Shown here: positions 54,203 to 63,952 of the stretch, in pieces
Numbering within the stretch: position 1 is the stretch's first letter
How the letters are laid out: each line of letters opens with the position of its first letter
IMG/VR virus record: IMGVR_UViG_3300021979_000003
Location: 32,001-96,000 of that record
Reading direction: 5' to 3' (one strand)
Length of the DNA stretch: 64,000 bases
Origin: a virus
Taxonomy: Duplodnaviria; Caudoviricetes
Program-made: the position numbers and the translations under genes
The notes under the pieces: generated by a model
Database searches by the model: none
Told to the model about the DNA's origin: nothing
Seen by the model: only the letters and a program-made list of their open reading frames with translations

Positions 54203-55003
54203 TTAAGTTGGAAAAATTCTATCAGAACCTGATTTTTTAGGCTTGATTAATTTACTATAATTACTTACCGTTTTTAGTTTATCTAATTTACCTTCTAATG
54301 ATTTAGGTAAATCCTTTTCTTCATTTGAATACTCTTTCATAATAAAATCATATGAAACATTAATGTAGTCTTTGAATATTACAGACTCACACATGCGCTT
54401 GAGAGACGATTCATGGATGTTTAATACATAACCAAGCTTGGTATCCCATGTGTCTTTACTTAGCTTTAGAGACTCACAGAGTGCCCTACCGAAGACCATT
54501 CCTACGTTCTTGTGTATTGGAGAGTTATTGAGCGAACGTTGCATATTCTGAACGAACATGTAAGGCCATTTTATACTGCCACCGCAACCATCTTTAATTG
54601 TACTACTATCTATAGATATGTGATCAGAGTCTATCATATTATAAGTGCAGTATTTGTCAAACAATGTTTTTATGGCATCATTATTGTGCCACTTATCTCT
54701 AAAGGAAGGTGCGCCCAATAGAGTTGCCATATCTCTACTTGATGGCTTACATATAAAAAACAAGGTATTTACAAATGTCGTTTTATTCAGACACCTTTCG
54801 TTGCAGTTAAGAAGTATTCTTGGAAAGACGGAAGTGTCTTTGAAAAACTCTACATATAATGTAGCCAGTTCTAATAAATCTTCAGGTAAAAGGCTTTCAA
54901 TCTGATCCATAGCTTGATTTAAATCAGATATGAACTCTTTCCTAGCATCAATAGATGAACTAGAGAAGTGTTTTGTTTCTATATATTTTAATTCTAATCC
55001 CAT
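54203..55003 (-). CDS. hypothetical protein
   Basis: ORF with GAGG RBS and promoter. Confidence 0.7.
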   Translation of the reverse strand: MGLELKYIETKHFSSSSIDARKEFISDLNQAMDQIESLLPEDLLELATLYVEFFKDTSVFPRILLNCNERCLNKTTFVNTLFFICKPSSRDMATLLGAPSFRDKWHNNDAIKTLFDKYCTYNMIDSDHISIDSSTIKDGCGGSIKWPYMFVQNMQRSLNNSPIHKNVGMVFGRALCESLKLSKDTWDTKLGYVLNIHESSLKRMCESVIFKDYINVSYDFIMKEYSNEEKDLPKSLEGKLDKLKTVSNYSKLIKPKKSGSDRIFPT

Positions 55004-55024
55004 AAAATTTTTACCTCTAAAGTG

Positions 55025-55052
55025 ATTCTATGGGATAATTGCTATCTGTCAA
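55025..55052 (-). promoter_or_regulatory. sigma70-like promoter, 16-nt spacer
   Basis: TTGACA-16-TAGAAT. Confidence 0.6.
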
Positions 55053-55495
55053 GCCCTGATAGTAGAATTCATCTTGTTAAGTACCGTGATATTCAATGTT
55101 TTAGAATCATGACATACGTCATCACATATTACCATATCTTCCATTATTACAGCCAAATCAACTTTTCCATTGTCGTTAAACTGTATGGAAGAGATTTCTA
55201 ATTCCATATCATCACCTAGAATATATTCTAATGTATAGAAAATACCATAGGTTTTCTCAGTTCTTGTTATTTTAAATTTGTCAAATATATCCCAAACTTT
55301 TCTAGGAGCTTCTTGTTCACAGCCAATACATGATTTTTTATCTTCTTTCTGTGGGTAATTTTCCCACCATGTTACTACTTGTTTAACAACCGTTATCGTA
55401 TCCGCATCAATGTTCGTGTTAACCATTTCATTCCAGTCTTTAAAGACTTCATCGTAATGTTTTAATTCATCGGGAACATTGTATATAAACTCCAT
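55049..55495 (-). CDS. hypothetical protein
   Basis: ORF. Confidence 0.7.
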   Translation of the reverse strand: MEFIYNVPDELKHYDEVFKDWNEMVNTNIDADTITVVKQVVTWWENYPQKEDKKSCIGCEQEAPRKVWDIFDKFKITRTEKTYGIFYTLEYILGDDMELEISSIQFNDNGKVDLAVIMEDMVICDDVCHDSKTLNITVLNKMNSTIRA

Positions 55496-55512
55496 ACTCT
55501 TTCCTTATAAGC

Positions 55513-55543
55513 AAAAAAGGCCACGAAACATACGTTTCTGGCC
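55513..55543 (-). terminator. intrinsic terminator
   Basis: GGCCA-GAAAC-GTAT-GTTTC-G-TGGCC-TTTTTT. Confidence 0.75.
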
Positions 55544-55631
55544 TGTAATATTTTAGAATTTTTTGATGTCAATCATAGTATCATAATCCTCACTAATATT
55601 TATTACTTGAGAACCATAATTAAATACAAAT

Positions 55632-57605
55632 TTAATATTTTATACAATACAATAGTGCAATATTCTGTGGTCTTGTTTCAGAACCACCCGTACTATTGAT
55701 GTTTAATGTATGACTATGATTACCAGCATTATTAAGACTCATACCATGTGTATGTGCACCAGCAGTAGATGTAGTATAGTCTTCAATACTACCGTCACCA
55801 TTAAGAGATAACGGACCACTGTTATCGTTGCTATAATCAGAACGACGGAAAGTATGACTATGTTCACCAGCCGATGATGTTGAACCAGTATGCGTATGGT
55901 TACCAGTAGTGTTAGTAGAGCCTGTGTGACTGTGTGACCCTAACTGATCACTTTCGGTATTACCTACTGGTCTAGTATTACTAGAACCTCGTATAAACTG
56001 ATTTTGAAGGTTTGGTAGGTTAAATGTAGTACTACCATTACCTGCACCATATAATGTTCCTATGTATGCATATAGTTCCGCATACGTTGATCTGCTCACA
56101 GCAGAGCCATCACATACTAGCCATCCACTAGGCGCTGTTTCACCCGCAAATGGTAGAACTGCTCCCGGTGGTAGAAGCTGGTTAGCAATTAGTGAGTTAG
56201 TTGGGATTTGACTAGGAGCAATACCGACATCCCTTTGTGATGCAGTACCCAAGTTTTCCACATCATTAGGAACATCCTTAAGGTTATTCCATGATATTTC
56301 ACCATTACTATCAACAACGGCAGTGCTACCCACGTCGATACCAGTACCTGTGTTGATCTTACCTTTTGAATATATACCATTAGTAGGGATAAGGCTGCTT
56401 TCACCATAATTATTAGATACTAACAAGCCACCAAGGTAAGCCCTTTGTTTATTCGAACCGTTTATCAATGCTAACGCGTTGTTGGTATCTAATGTAGACT
56501 GAGAGCCTTCTGCTTTAACATCAAGAAACGACGTTCCATTACTGAATCGTATTTTGTTTCCGCCAGATAGTGTTAGCTGGCCTGTGATTGTATCACCTGC
56601 AACGTTTACATATCTTGCTTCTAAATCACTGAAATGATAACCATCGATACGATCTGCGTTAAGCTCTGAGCCGGGACCATCTACAGTAATAAGCCTTGAC
56701 AAAATCTCAGAACCAATGTATCTTGATTCTAGATCATCTATTTTTTCATTAACGATTCTAACAGCGTTACTACTAGCAATATTAACACTACTAGTAGATG
56801 ATACGGAATCACTAATAGGATGATTTGAATCGCTGTACAGCGTATACCAAGGATCAAAATCGTTGACACCTAAGTTGCCCGTATTTTTTCTAACCTTGAT
56901 ATCATCAGAATCAGTTGATACGAAAATCTGTGAAACCCTTGGATTGGTTTGACTCGGATCAGTTCTAAGTCTTGCTGAATATATATAACCCTGCTCACCA
57001 GTAGGAGGTCTATTGACGGTACTATAACCAGCAACAAAAATACCACTAGTCATTGTATTGGCATTAGGCTCTGATACGTCTGGGTAATTAAGAAGACTAT
57101 CGAAATCAAAATCACTTTCAATAATACGTAAACCGTCTGAACTTACTTGTAGAAACTTATCAGCATTAGTAATATCTGTTGGGACAATATCAGTAACAGA
57201 TATGTTGCTTGGAATTAGTTCACCTTGACTGTTTACTTTTACGAAATCGTTTTCGTCATATTCAGACCAATCGATATCATTAGGCATCAAACGTCTATTG
57301 CTATACCCACCTTCGTTCGTTGAAAAGATAAGCACATCTTTATCCACCTCGGATTCTGATATAATAGAGGTTCCTGTAATATAACTAGCATTCCACCCAC
57401 TATTGAATGTAGGCGACTTAGCTATATCTATAGTTTGTTCATATATCTTTTCATATGTTATACTTTCATCCAAGCTACTAGTTCTGGTGATGAACTTACT
57501 TTCATCATTTAAATAATTTCGTGGACTTAGATCGTCAATATTCTGTAGATCATCAGTAGTTAAATCTCTCATTTCTTCCCCCTTTAGTATCCAATCGCTT
57601 GCCAA
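55632..57605 (-). CDS. tail fibre with tail-collar domain and HxH metal-binding tip (gp12/gp37-like)
   Basis: LPPGAVLPFAG...WLVCDGS...FNLPNLQNQFIRG; five H-x-H repeats; ETRPQNIALLYCIK. Confidence 0.88.
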   Translation of the reverse strand: MASDWILKGEEMRDLTTDDLQNIDDLSPRNYLNDESKFITRTSSLDESITYEKIYEQTIDIAKSPTFNSGWNASYITGTSIISESEVDKDVLIFSTNEGGYSNRRLMPNDIDWSEYDENDFVKVNSQGELIPSNISVTDIVPTDITNADKFLQVSSDGLRIIESDFDFDSLLNYPDVSEPNANTMTSGIFVAGYSTVNRPPTGEQGYIYSARLRTDPSQTNPRVSQIFVSTDSDDIKVRKNTGNLGVNDFDPWYTLYSDSNHPISDSVSSTSSVNIASSNAVRIVNEKIDDLESRYIGSEILSRLITVDGPGSELNADRIDGYHFSDLEARYVNVAGDTITGQLTLSGGNKIRFSNGTSFLDVKAEGSQSTLDTNNALALINGSNKQRAYLGGLLVSNNYGESSLIPTNGIYSKGKINTGTGIDVGSTAVVDSNGEISWNNLKDVPNDVENLGTASQRDVGIAPSQIPTNSLIANQLLPPGAVLPFAGETAPSGWLVCDGSAVSRSTYAELYAYIGTLYGAGNGSTTFNLPNLQNQFIRGSSNTRPVGNTESDQLGSHSHTGSTNTTGNHTHTGSTSSAGEHSHTFRRSDYSNDNSGPLSLNGDGSIEDYTTSTAGAHTHGMSLNNAGNHSHTLNINSTGGSETRPQNIALLYCIKY

Positions 57606-59152
57606 AATACTTGTACTGTTCTAGCAGTACCACCTCTATCTCCAACATACATATTAACTGGTTGAAACCTCGTAGTTGTTAGTCCACGGATACTAACGGA
57701 AGACTCATGTATTCCTTGGTATATATAATTTGCTTCAGTTTCCATAGTGCATGTCACGTTCAAACACACACTAGGGAAGCTTATTGGGAAGTATATATAA
57801 TTTGCAGTGCTTGACGAATCTATTAATATATTTGCAGTACCCTTACCCCATTGTATAATGAGTCCATTTGGCAACCTAGTCCAACCATTAGTACCAAAAC
57901 TTCCAGAAAAATTTGTCGAAGAACTAACAATATTATTAACTTCTCCACGACTATAAACATCTAAATTCGCTCTAGCTTGTGACTTATTTGGTATATCACT
58001 CAAGTTCAAGCTTTCATTAAGGTATCGGCTGTCCGACTCACTTTTACTATAAACATCTAAATTTTCCCTAGCGGTAGGAATATTATCAACATCACTTAAA
58101 TTATTAACGGTTTTTAATGTAAAAGTATCTATGTAATTTTTATCATATACCTCTAGGTTATCACGTGCTATTTGAGGGCTGCTTATGTCCGAGAAATTCA
58201 ATGCTTTTTGTAAGTACCTAGAATCAGTCTCGGTTGATGAATAAACACTCAAGTTTTGTCTTGCCGCTGTAGAATTATTAAGGTCGTCTAGATTATTTGC
58301 AGCATTTAAAAATCTACCATCACTTGTTGCTTTATTGTAATAGTTGGCTGATAGAGTAGAGGGAACTACTGCTACATCAGAACGCAAACCATCTTGTACT
58401 TCTGGACTGGTAGCAATTTCAATAACACCAGCAAAAGAAGTAGTAGCAGGCTGCTTAATATTATTGAATGAAGTCGCCGCATTGTTTACATCAGAAAGAT
58501 TGCCAACCCTAGACAAATAACGTGAATCGGATTCAGATTCAGAAATCACATTCAAAGAGTTTCTAGCAACAGACGCATCAGTAATATCCTGAAGGTTATT
58601 AACCACTCTTAGATATCTTCCATCTAGATCAGATACTGTGTTGCCTTCTAATGTTTGTGCATTAATAGTAAATTCATTAGGATCAAAAGGTACTGCTTCT
58701 ATCTGAGGTAAATTAGGCGCTGTAACATTTTCATTTTTAACACGCAGGAAATAACCGTTTGATGTATAATTGTCCATTCTTAAACTAGGTATAGTAACAA
58801 AATCTTGCTCAACAATTCCACCACTACCGACCTGTAAAAACTTGTACTCATTTACAGAAATACTAGACCAATCGATATCATTTGAATCAATTCTTCGGTT
58901 CTCAAACTCGTTAGATGACGAATTGAATATAAGAACATCACCTTGTTGTGGTGACTCTACTGATACATTAGTGCCACCAATTAGATCAGCATTCCAACCA
59001 GTGTCGTGTTCTGACTTAAGGGTATCAGCAATATCTATAACAAAGTCTTCATAAAACATTTTCTTGTAGCCGTTTTGATCTACAAGAATTTTAGCTCCAT
59101 CCTGAATGTCGGTTATAGGGTTTAAATCATTAATAAATACGCGTTCAGCCAT
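57584..59152 (-). CDS. tail fibre protein with NLSD...AR-x-NL-x-V repeats
   Basis: About five 33-aa repeats; C-terminal GWTRLPNGLIIQWG domain. Confidence 0.85.
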   Translation of the reverse strand: MAERVFINDLNPITDIQDGAKILVDQNGYKKMFYEDFVIDIADTLKSEHDTGWNADLIGGTNVSVESPQQGDVLIFNSSSNEFENRRIDSNDIDWSSISVNEYKFLQVGSGGIVEQDFVTIPSLRMDNYTSNGYFLRVKNENVTAPNLPQIEAVPFDPNEFTINAQTLEGNTVSDLDGRYLRVVNNLQDITDASVARNSLNVISESESDSRYLSRVGNLSDVNNAATSFNNIKQPATTSFAGVIEIATSPEVQDGLRSDVAVVPSTLSANYYNKATSDGRFLNAANNLDDLNNSTAARQNLSVYSSTETDSRYLQKALNFSDISSPQIARDNLEVYDKNYIDTFTLKTVNNLSDVDNIPTARENLDVYSKSESDSRYLNESLNLSDIPNKSQARANLDVYSRGEVNNIVSSSTNFSGSFGTNGWTRLPNGLIIQWGKGTANILIDSSSTANYIYFPISFPSVCLNVTCTMETEANYIYQGIHESSVSIRGLTTTRFQPVNMYVGDRGGTARTVQVFWQAIGY

Positions 59153-60135
59153 TAGTATTCTCCATTATCAGGACCAAGTGGCGGTAGTGGTATATCGTCA
59201 CCATCACCAAGATAATCCCCACCAGTATTTACACCAAGTACAGCATCGCCATAAAGACCAAGTGCACCATCGTTATCATTAATGCCCAATACCTGATTTG
59301 GTGGTGGACTAGGCATATCGGTGAATTCACCCGAAACCACGCCAGCAATGTTCCATCTTTCTATACGATAATAAATCTTAGTACTGTGAAATATTGGCTG
59401 ATTAAAAAGTACACGTATTTTCGAATTTAGTGTGTCCACATCCGGCTCGAATTGAATGAAGTCTCCACTTATTGCAGCATTCATTAACAATTGATCATCG
59501 TCAAAACCTATATATTCATTCCCATCACCACTAGTTGAGTTATCACCCATTAAAGTAATGACACCACTACGACGATGCCAACCATCATTCTGCACTAGAG
59601 TATACGTAACACGTAGATGATATACTTGCTCTAGATCGAATTCTAGAAATAATCCTGCATCTGAGCTATCAAGCTGTTTGGTGAGAAGACTTCTAGATGG
59701 TCTTAATGAACCTATTGCAGGACTATAATTTACATTAAAGTCAGAAGGATGAATGTAATCATTCACATTCTCACTAGTAACAAATTCAATATTTGATTCT
59801 AGACGTGCAACAGCATCAGGACGATTGTTGTTGATATAGTTAACTATTTCTACAGCTTTTGATTGACTTTCAGTTTCAATAGTCAATCCTTCTTCTACTG
59901 TATAAGAGTTATAATCAACACTTGAATTTAGAAGTGTTTGAATTTCTTGAATAGCGTTAGGAAAAGGATCAATAGATACTACGTTTGCGTTTACATACGT
60001 AGAATCTTCTGGGTCTGTACCAATAAACACCTGTGCAGTATCTTGGGTAAAACCTATTTCACCTGAATCTAACTGAGGTAATTCAGAGCGTAGGCCCTGA
60101 CGTTGTAATATCTTTTCGTATCTTATATCAGCCAT
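59152..60135 (-). CDS. baseplate/tail-associated structural protein
   Basis: R-x-G...LPQLDSGEIGF-xx-DT-xx-VFIG N-terminal motif. Confidence 0.65.
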   Translation of the reverse strand: MADIRYEKILQRQGLRSELPQLDSGEIGFTQDTAQVFIGTDPEDSTYVNANVVSIDPFPNAIQEIQTLLNSSVDYNSYTVEEGLTIETESQSKAVEIVNYINNNRPDAVARLESNIEFVTSENVNDYIHPSDFNVNYSPAIGSLRPSRSLLTKQLDSSDAGLFLEFDLEQVYHLRVTYTLVQNDGWHRRSGVITLMGDNSTSGDGNEYIGFDDDQLLMNAAISGDFIQFEPDVDTLNSKIRVLFNQPIFHSTKIYYRIERWNIAGVVSGEFTDMPSPPPNQVLGINDNDGALGLYGDAVLGVNTGGDYLGDGDDIPLPPLGPDNGEY

Positions 60136-60160
60136 AAATACTTGTTCCTATTGTTATAAG

Positions 60161-60168
60161 TATTTATG
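60161..60168 (-). promoter_or_regulatory. late-type promoter
   Basis: CATAAATA upstream of the tail operon. Confidence 0.5.
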
Positions 60169-60180
60169 GTTGCTTATTAC

Positions 60181-60876
60181 TTATTCTTTGTAGTACTCAT
60201 CCAGTATATTAAGCCATTTTTCTTTGTAATAAACAAATTCTTCACCAGACTTTATTATTTTTTTGGCTTGAATATTATCAGAGTTGGCAATCAATATAAC
60301 ACATTGCTCTATATTCGTATCAAAAAGGAAGTCGTGTGCAACCGCATATGCTGCGGCTTGTGTGAAATAATCTTCCATATGTTCTTCTTTCTTATCTTTG
60401 TACGAGTTCTTGAAGTCAATTATGGAAGGCACACCCTTGTATGTTCCTACTAAGTCAGTTCGACCCGCATAACAGTTAGGAACAAATAAAGGAACTTCTG
60501 CTCCCCATATTTCATCAACATCTTTTAAACCAACATCCCATATTTTCTTAGCCATATCACTAGCCACTTTAAATATGAAATTTTGCTTAAACAATTTTTC
60601 GTAATCAACAGTTTCCACGATTTGATGATAAAGTATGTCATGCATACAGTTACCAAAGTTCAAACTTTTATCCAATATAGCCTGAGCGTTCTTATGCCCA
60701 ATTGTTCGTTTCCATTCTTCAATTACTTCTTTCTTATCAGACATCTTAGATAGTATAGTAGTCACTGAATAGACTGGATCGTATTTCTTACCATCCATTT
60801 CTATAAAATAAACACGACCGGCATCACCGGTCGATTCATTAACTACATTTGGATAATTAAACTTCTCTTTGTACAT
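60181..60876 (-). CDS. PD-(D/E)xK exonuclease (Cas4/RecB-like, T4-type)
   Basis: SVTTIL, GNCMH, YAGRTDLVG, IIDFKNS, YFTQAAAYA. Confidence 0.88.
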   Translation of the reverse strand: MYKEKFNYPNVVNESTGDAGRVYFIEMDGKKYDPVYSVTTILSKMSDKKEVIEEWKRTIGHKNAQAILDKSLNFGNCMHDILYHQIVETVDYEKLFKQNFIFKVASDMAKKIWDVGLKDVDEIWGAEVPLFVPNCYAGRTDLVGTYKGVPSIIDFKNSYKDKKEEHMEDYFTQAAAYAVAHDFLFDTNIEQCVILIANSDNIQAKKIIKSGEEFVYYKEKWLNILDEYYKE

Positions 60877-61217
60877 TATTTCATACGCTTTTTAGTTGCT
60901 TCCTTAGCTTTTTCCGAAGCTGGATTGTATTCTTCCTCATCAGATAAGTCGGGACGCCCTTCATCAGTTTCGCCACTGCCTTCTGTAGAGAATACAACCT
61001 GTTTCTCTTGGTTGACACTAAGGTTATCATTACTATCAGCAAATTCTTCTACATCGTTCTCAGTAGCAACTATATCATTTTTTTCTAATTCTGCAATAAT
61101 GTTTTCGATGTCAATTTCAGTTACACCAGTTTTCATGAACATCATTATGATGTTCATGATTTCACTATTGAGTTTTTCTTTATAGTCATTACTTTCGTAT
61201 AGGTCGCGTATTCTCAT
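60876..61217 (-). CDS. acidic hypothetical protein, possibly head-associated
   Basis: MRIRDLYE N-terminus; context. Confidence 0.6.
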   Translation of the reverse strand: MRIRDLYESNDYKEKLNSEIMNIIMMFMKTGVTEIDIENIIAELEKNDIVATENDVEEFADSNDNLSVNQEKQVVFSTEGSGETDEGRPDLSDEEEYNPASEKAKEATKKRMK

Positions 61218-61219
61218 AA

Positions 61220-62149
61220 TTATTCTTCACGTCTTTGGAATTCGTCACCAAGATCAAGTTCTTCGTCGTCAGAACCTTCCTCAGACTCTTCAGAACCTTC
61301 TTCTTCATCACCTAGACCTAGATCAGCTAGTTCCTCTTCAGAGCCTTCTTCGTCGCCTCCAAAGCCTTCTAAGTCGTCAGATTCCATATTACCTTTTTCA
61401 TCAGATACCATGCTGTCCATTTCAGCATCGCCACTTAGTACAGCAACTACGTTAGCAAATACTTCTTTGGTGTCTCGAACTTGAGATAATAGATCGGTAA
61501 GAGAGGAATTCATCTTTTCGTAAATGTCATCAGCCATTTCATTAGAGTACTCAGAGCGAACCATTTCTACAAATGGGTCAAGGTATTTGTTCTGAGTTTC
61601 ACCAATCTTAGCTTGGTATCCCATAAGGTCATCCAATAGACCTCGTGCACTCATAATAGCTTCTGCTTTTTCAGCATCTTCTTTAAGAAGAATGTTTAGC
61701 TTTGAAGAAATGCTTTCATTGTAAACTTTTTTCTCCATAGCATTGATCTTCTCAGCCATCTTCTTAGCTTTGTCATTTTCACCGTTCTTAGCAACATAAC
61801 TCTCATACATGTTCTTTAGCTCATATAGAGTATCAGCAGAAGTTTTAACACGCGATTCGTTATGTGCCTTAGAAATGATTTCATCCAGTTCACTTTGTGT
61901 GGACTTCTTATTTGTTAGAATGTTCACCGCTTCTACAACTAGAATAGACTGGTTGTATTCATGACTCTTATGGTAAGAGTTGAATTCAGATGATTCTACA
62001 ATATGATTCATATTTTCTTTTGCTTTCTTACGTAGCTCTACTAGTGCAGACTTTGAAAGCTTGTTTGATATATCTGTAGTAAAACCAAAAGATTCTTTAA
62101 GAAGCTTATTGATCTTAGCTAGATTTGCTTTATCTTGTTTTGATAACAT
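61220..62149 (-). CDS. putative prohead core/scaffold-like protein
   Basis: Helical, repeated L/V-x-ES motifs, acidic C-terminal tail. Confidence 0.5.
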   Translation of the reverse strand: MLSKQDKANLAKINKLLKESFGFTTDISNKLSKSALVELRKKAKENMNHIVESSEFNSYHKSHEYNQSILVVEAVNILTNKKSTQSELDEIISKAHNESRVKTSADTLYELKNMYESYVAKNGENDKAKKMAEKINAMEKKVYNESISSKLNILLKEDAEKAEAIMSARGLLDDLMGYQAKIGETQNKYLDPFVEMVRSEYSNEMADDIYEKMNSSLTDLLSQVRDTKEVFANVVAVLSGDAEMDSMVSDEKGNMESDDLEGFGGDEEGSEEELADLGLGDEEEGSEESEEGSDDEELDLGDEFQRREE

Positions 62150-62151
62150 AG

Positions 62152-62736
62152 TTATTTCCCCAAATTTTTATATTCTTTTAATATATTTTGTTTAAAACTT
62201 TTCGCACGGAATTTGTTTTCTTCGAACTTAGTGTTCTCAATGTCCATTCCATCAAAATCATGTTCTTGTTTATATTTATTGTAGTTTTTCTTGTTCATAC
62301 GAGCTTCAGTAAGATGCTTTTCGTATCGACTGTTATTGTTTAGCAGTCCTACAATTTTGGAAGAACTAAAGGTTTTACCTTTATAGAGGTGTGATGCAAT
62401 AGAGTAAACGGTTTCATATAGAAGAACGTCGTCCACTAATACAGAACCATATTCATCGTAAAGAGAATATGTACCTTCAACCTTCTCTATCTTGTATGGA
62501 CCTATAGTAATAGCATTCTCAGAAATCATCTTAGTATCTTTTATTTGATTTAAAGTTTTATCACCCTTAGATGAATACTTCTCGACTTCTTCAACAGCGC
62601 TGTTAAAGCGCTTTAGAATTTCATCCATACTCTTAACACCAGATTCTGATACACTTGTTTCACGCTTAACGCCATTTTCGGCATCATTAAGAACGCTCAT
62701 CAACTTATCAAATTCTTGTATACTCTTATTAGACAT
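62152..62736 (-). CDS. hypothetical protein
   Basis: ORF in operon. Confidence 0.7.
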   Translation of the reverse strand: MSNKSIQEFDKLMSVLNDAENGVKRETSVSESGVKSMDEILKRFNSAVEEVEKYSSKGDKTLNQIKDTKMISENAITIGPYKIEKVEGTYSLYDEYGSVLVDDVLLYETVYSIASHLYKGKTFSSSKIVGLLNNNSRYEKHLTEARMNKKNYNKYKQEHDFDGMDIENTKFEENKFRAKSFKQNILKEYKNLGK

Positions 62737-62944
62737 CTATATACACCTCTCTTAAGTAATAATATTCTCCATCGAAATCCAAGATATGGCAATCAACTAA
62801 ACGTTGCGCCATAAACTGCGTCTTTTCTGGCAAATCATCCTTTTTTAATTTATACCGTTTCTTTTCAAGCATCCTTTCAACTAGTTGAAAATCATGATCA
62901 GAAACATTGGTATAAAGACCACCAACAATTTCAACTACCTTCAT
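62729..62944 (-). CDS. hypothetical protein
   Basis: ORF in operon. Confidence 0.7.
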   Translation of the reverse strand: MKVVEIVGGLYTNVSDHDFQLVERMLEKKRYKLKKDDLPEKTQFMAQRLVDCHILDFDGEYYYLREVYIDV

Positions 62945-63138
62945 ACGGTATACCCTGTATAAATTTTAAATGCAGTTTCCTTATCAGATTCGTCAATAGC
63001 ATGTACTACTTTGACTAAATCTCTAATACTCATAGTTGCTAGAATTTTCTTGACCTCATCAATATCTCGATCAAGAAAATCAGATAATATTTCACTTAAA
63101 GGCTTTTTAATGTCCATAGTTCTCCATAAAGGGAACAA
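62941..63138 (-). CDS. hypothetical protein
   Basis: ORF; likely start at MDIKK. Confidence 0.6.
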   Translation of the reverse strand: MFPLWRTMDIKKPLSEILSDFLDRDIDEVKKILATMSIRDLVKVVHAIDESDKETAFKIYTGYTV

Positions 63139-63149
63139 AGTGTTCCCTA

Positions 63150-63404
63150 TTACTTATCTCTCAATTTGTTAAGTCGTGCTACCTGTTTACTTACTGGATT
63201 CGTCATCTTGGTTCTTTTCGTCTTCAAAGCAATAGACCTTTCTTTCTGCTTTCTAAGACGACGCATTCTCATTTTCTTTTTCAAGTCTAATGGACCAAAG
63301 CAACCTTGTGGAGTCGAAACAAGCTTTCCTTTTCTTTTACCAGTAGTACAACGGTACTTCTTAACAATTTTGTTTCCACGTCTTGCGTAAACTAACTTAG
63401 CCAT
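63150..63404 (-). CDS. small highly basic protein
   Basis: Lys/Arg-rich, AAGGA RBS. Confidence 0.7.
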   Translation of the reverse strand: MAKLVYARRGNKIVKKYRCTTGKRKGKLVSTPQGCFGPLDLKKKMRMRRLRKQKERSIALKTKRTKMTNPVSKQVARLNKLRDK

Positions 63405-63413
63405 TGTTTATCC

Positions 63414-63839
63414 TTATAGATTATCGTTGAAAATAAACTCAATATTTAAAGAACCGCCAGCGGATTCAAATACTTCTTCTTCAATGGTTATACCATCGAA
63501 CATATATTTAAGGTAATGTAGAGGATCATCAATTTGATAATTCTCATCTACACTAGCAAATATACCTGAGTGTTCAACAATAAATTTAAAAACATACCCA
63601 CTACCAGTCAATGACGGTGCACCTTCGTTTTCAATTGTTGTCACACTATATGGTGCAGCAACAACAATCGGCTGTGCCCTCATGCTAATTAGGGAAATGA
63701 TGTTATCAAAAATTCTTTGTGATTTGTCTTCATAATTACCAGTAGATGTTATATCTATGGTTGTGAACAGAGTAAAATACTCTATGTTACCAGTTAAATG
63801 TTCACTAGGTTTAGAAGTTGTTTTTCTTTCTAAAGTCAT
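63414..63839 (-). CDS. putative virion structural protein
   Basis: GAGG RBS and late-type promoter GATAAATA at 63871-63878. Confidence 0.6.
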   Translation of the reverse strand: MTLERKTTSKPSEHLTGNIEYFTLFTTIDITSTGNYEDKSQRIFDNIISLISMRAQPIVVAAPYSVTTIENEGAPSLTGSGYVFKFIVEHSGIFASVDENYQIDDPLHYLKYMFDGITIEEEVFESAGGSLNIEFIFNDNL

Positions 63840-63896
63840 AATACTGTCCTCATTTTCTATGATATAAAAGTATTTATCCTTATACTTCCTTTAGAT

Positions 63897-63925
63897 AAAA
63901 AAATAGCCGGTAAAAACCGGCTATT
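63897..63925 (-). terminator. intrinsic terminator
   Basis: AATAGCCGGT-TTTT-ACCGGCTATT plus T run. Confidence 0.85.
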
Positions 63926-63952
63926 CATATCGATAGATACTTATCTATGCTA

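Noticed and set aside
60181-60876. Cas4-like nuclease as evidence of a CRISPR system
   Set aside because: It is the common T4-type PD-(D/E)xK exonuclease; no array or other cas genes in the window
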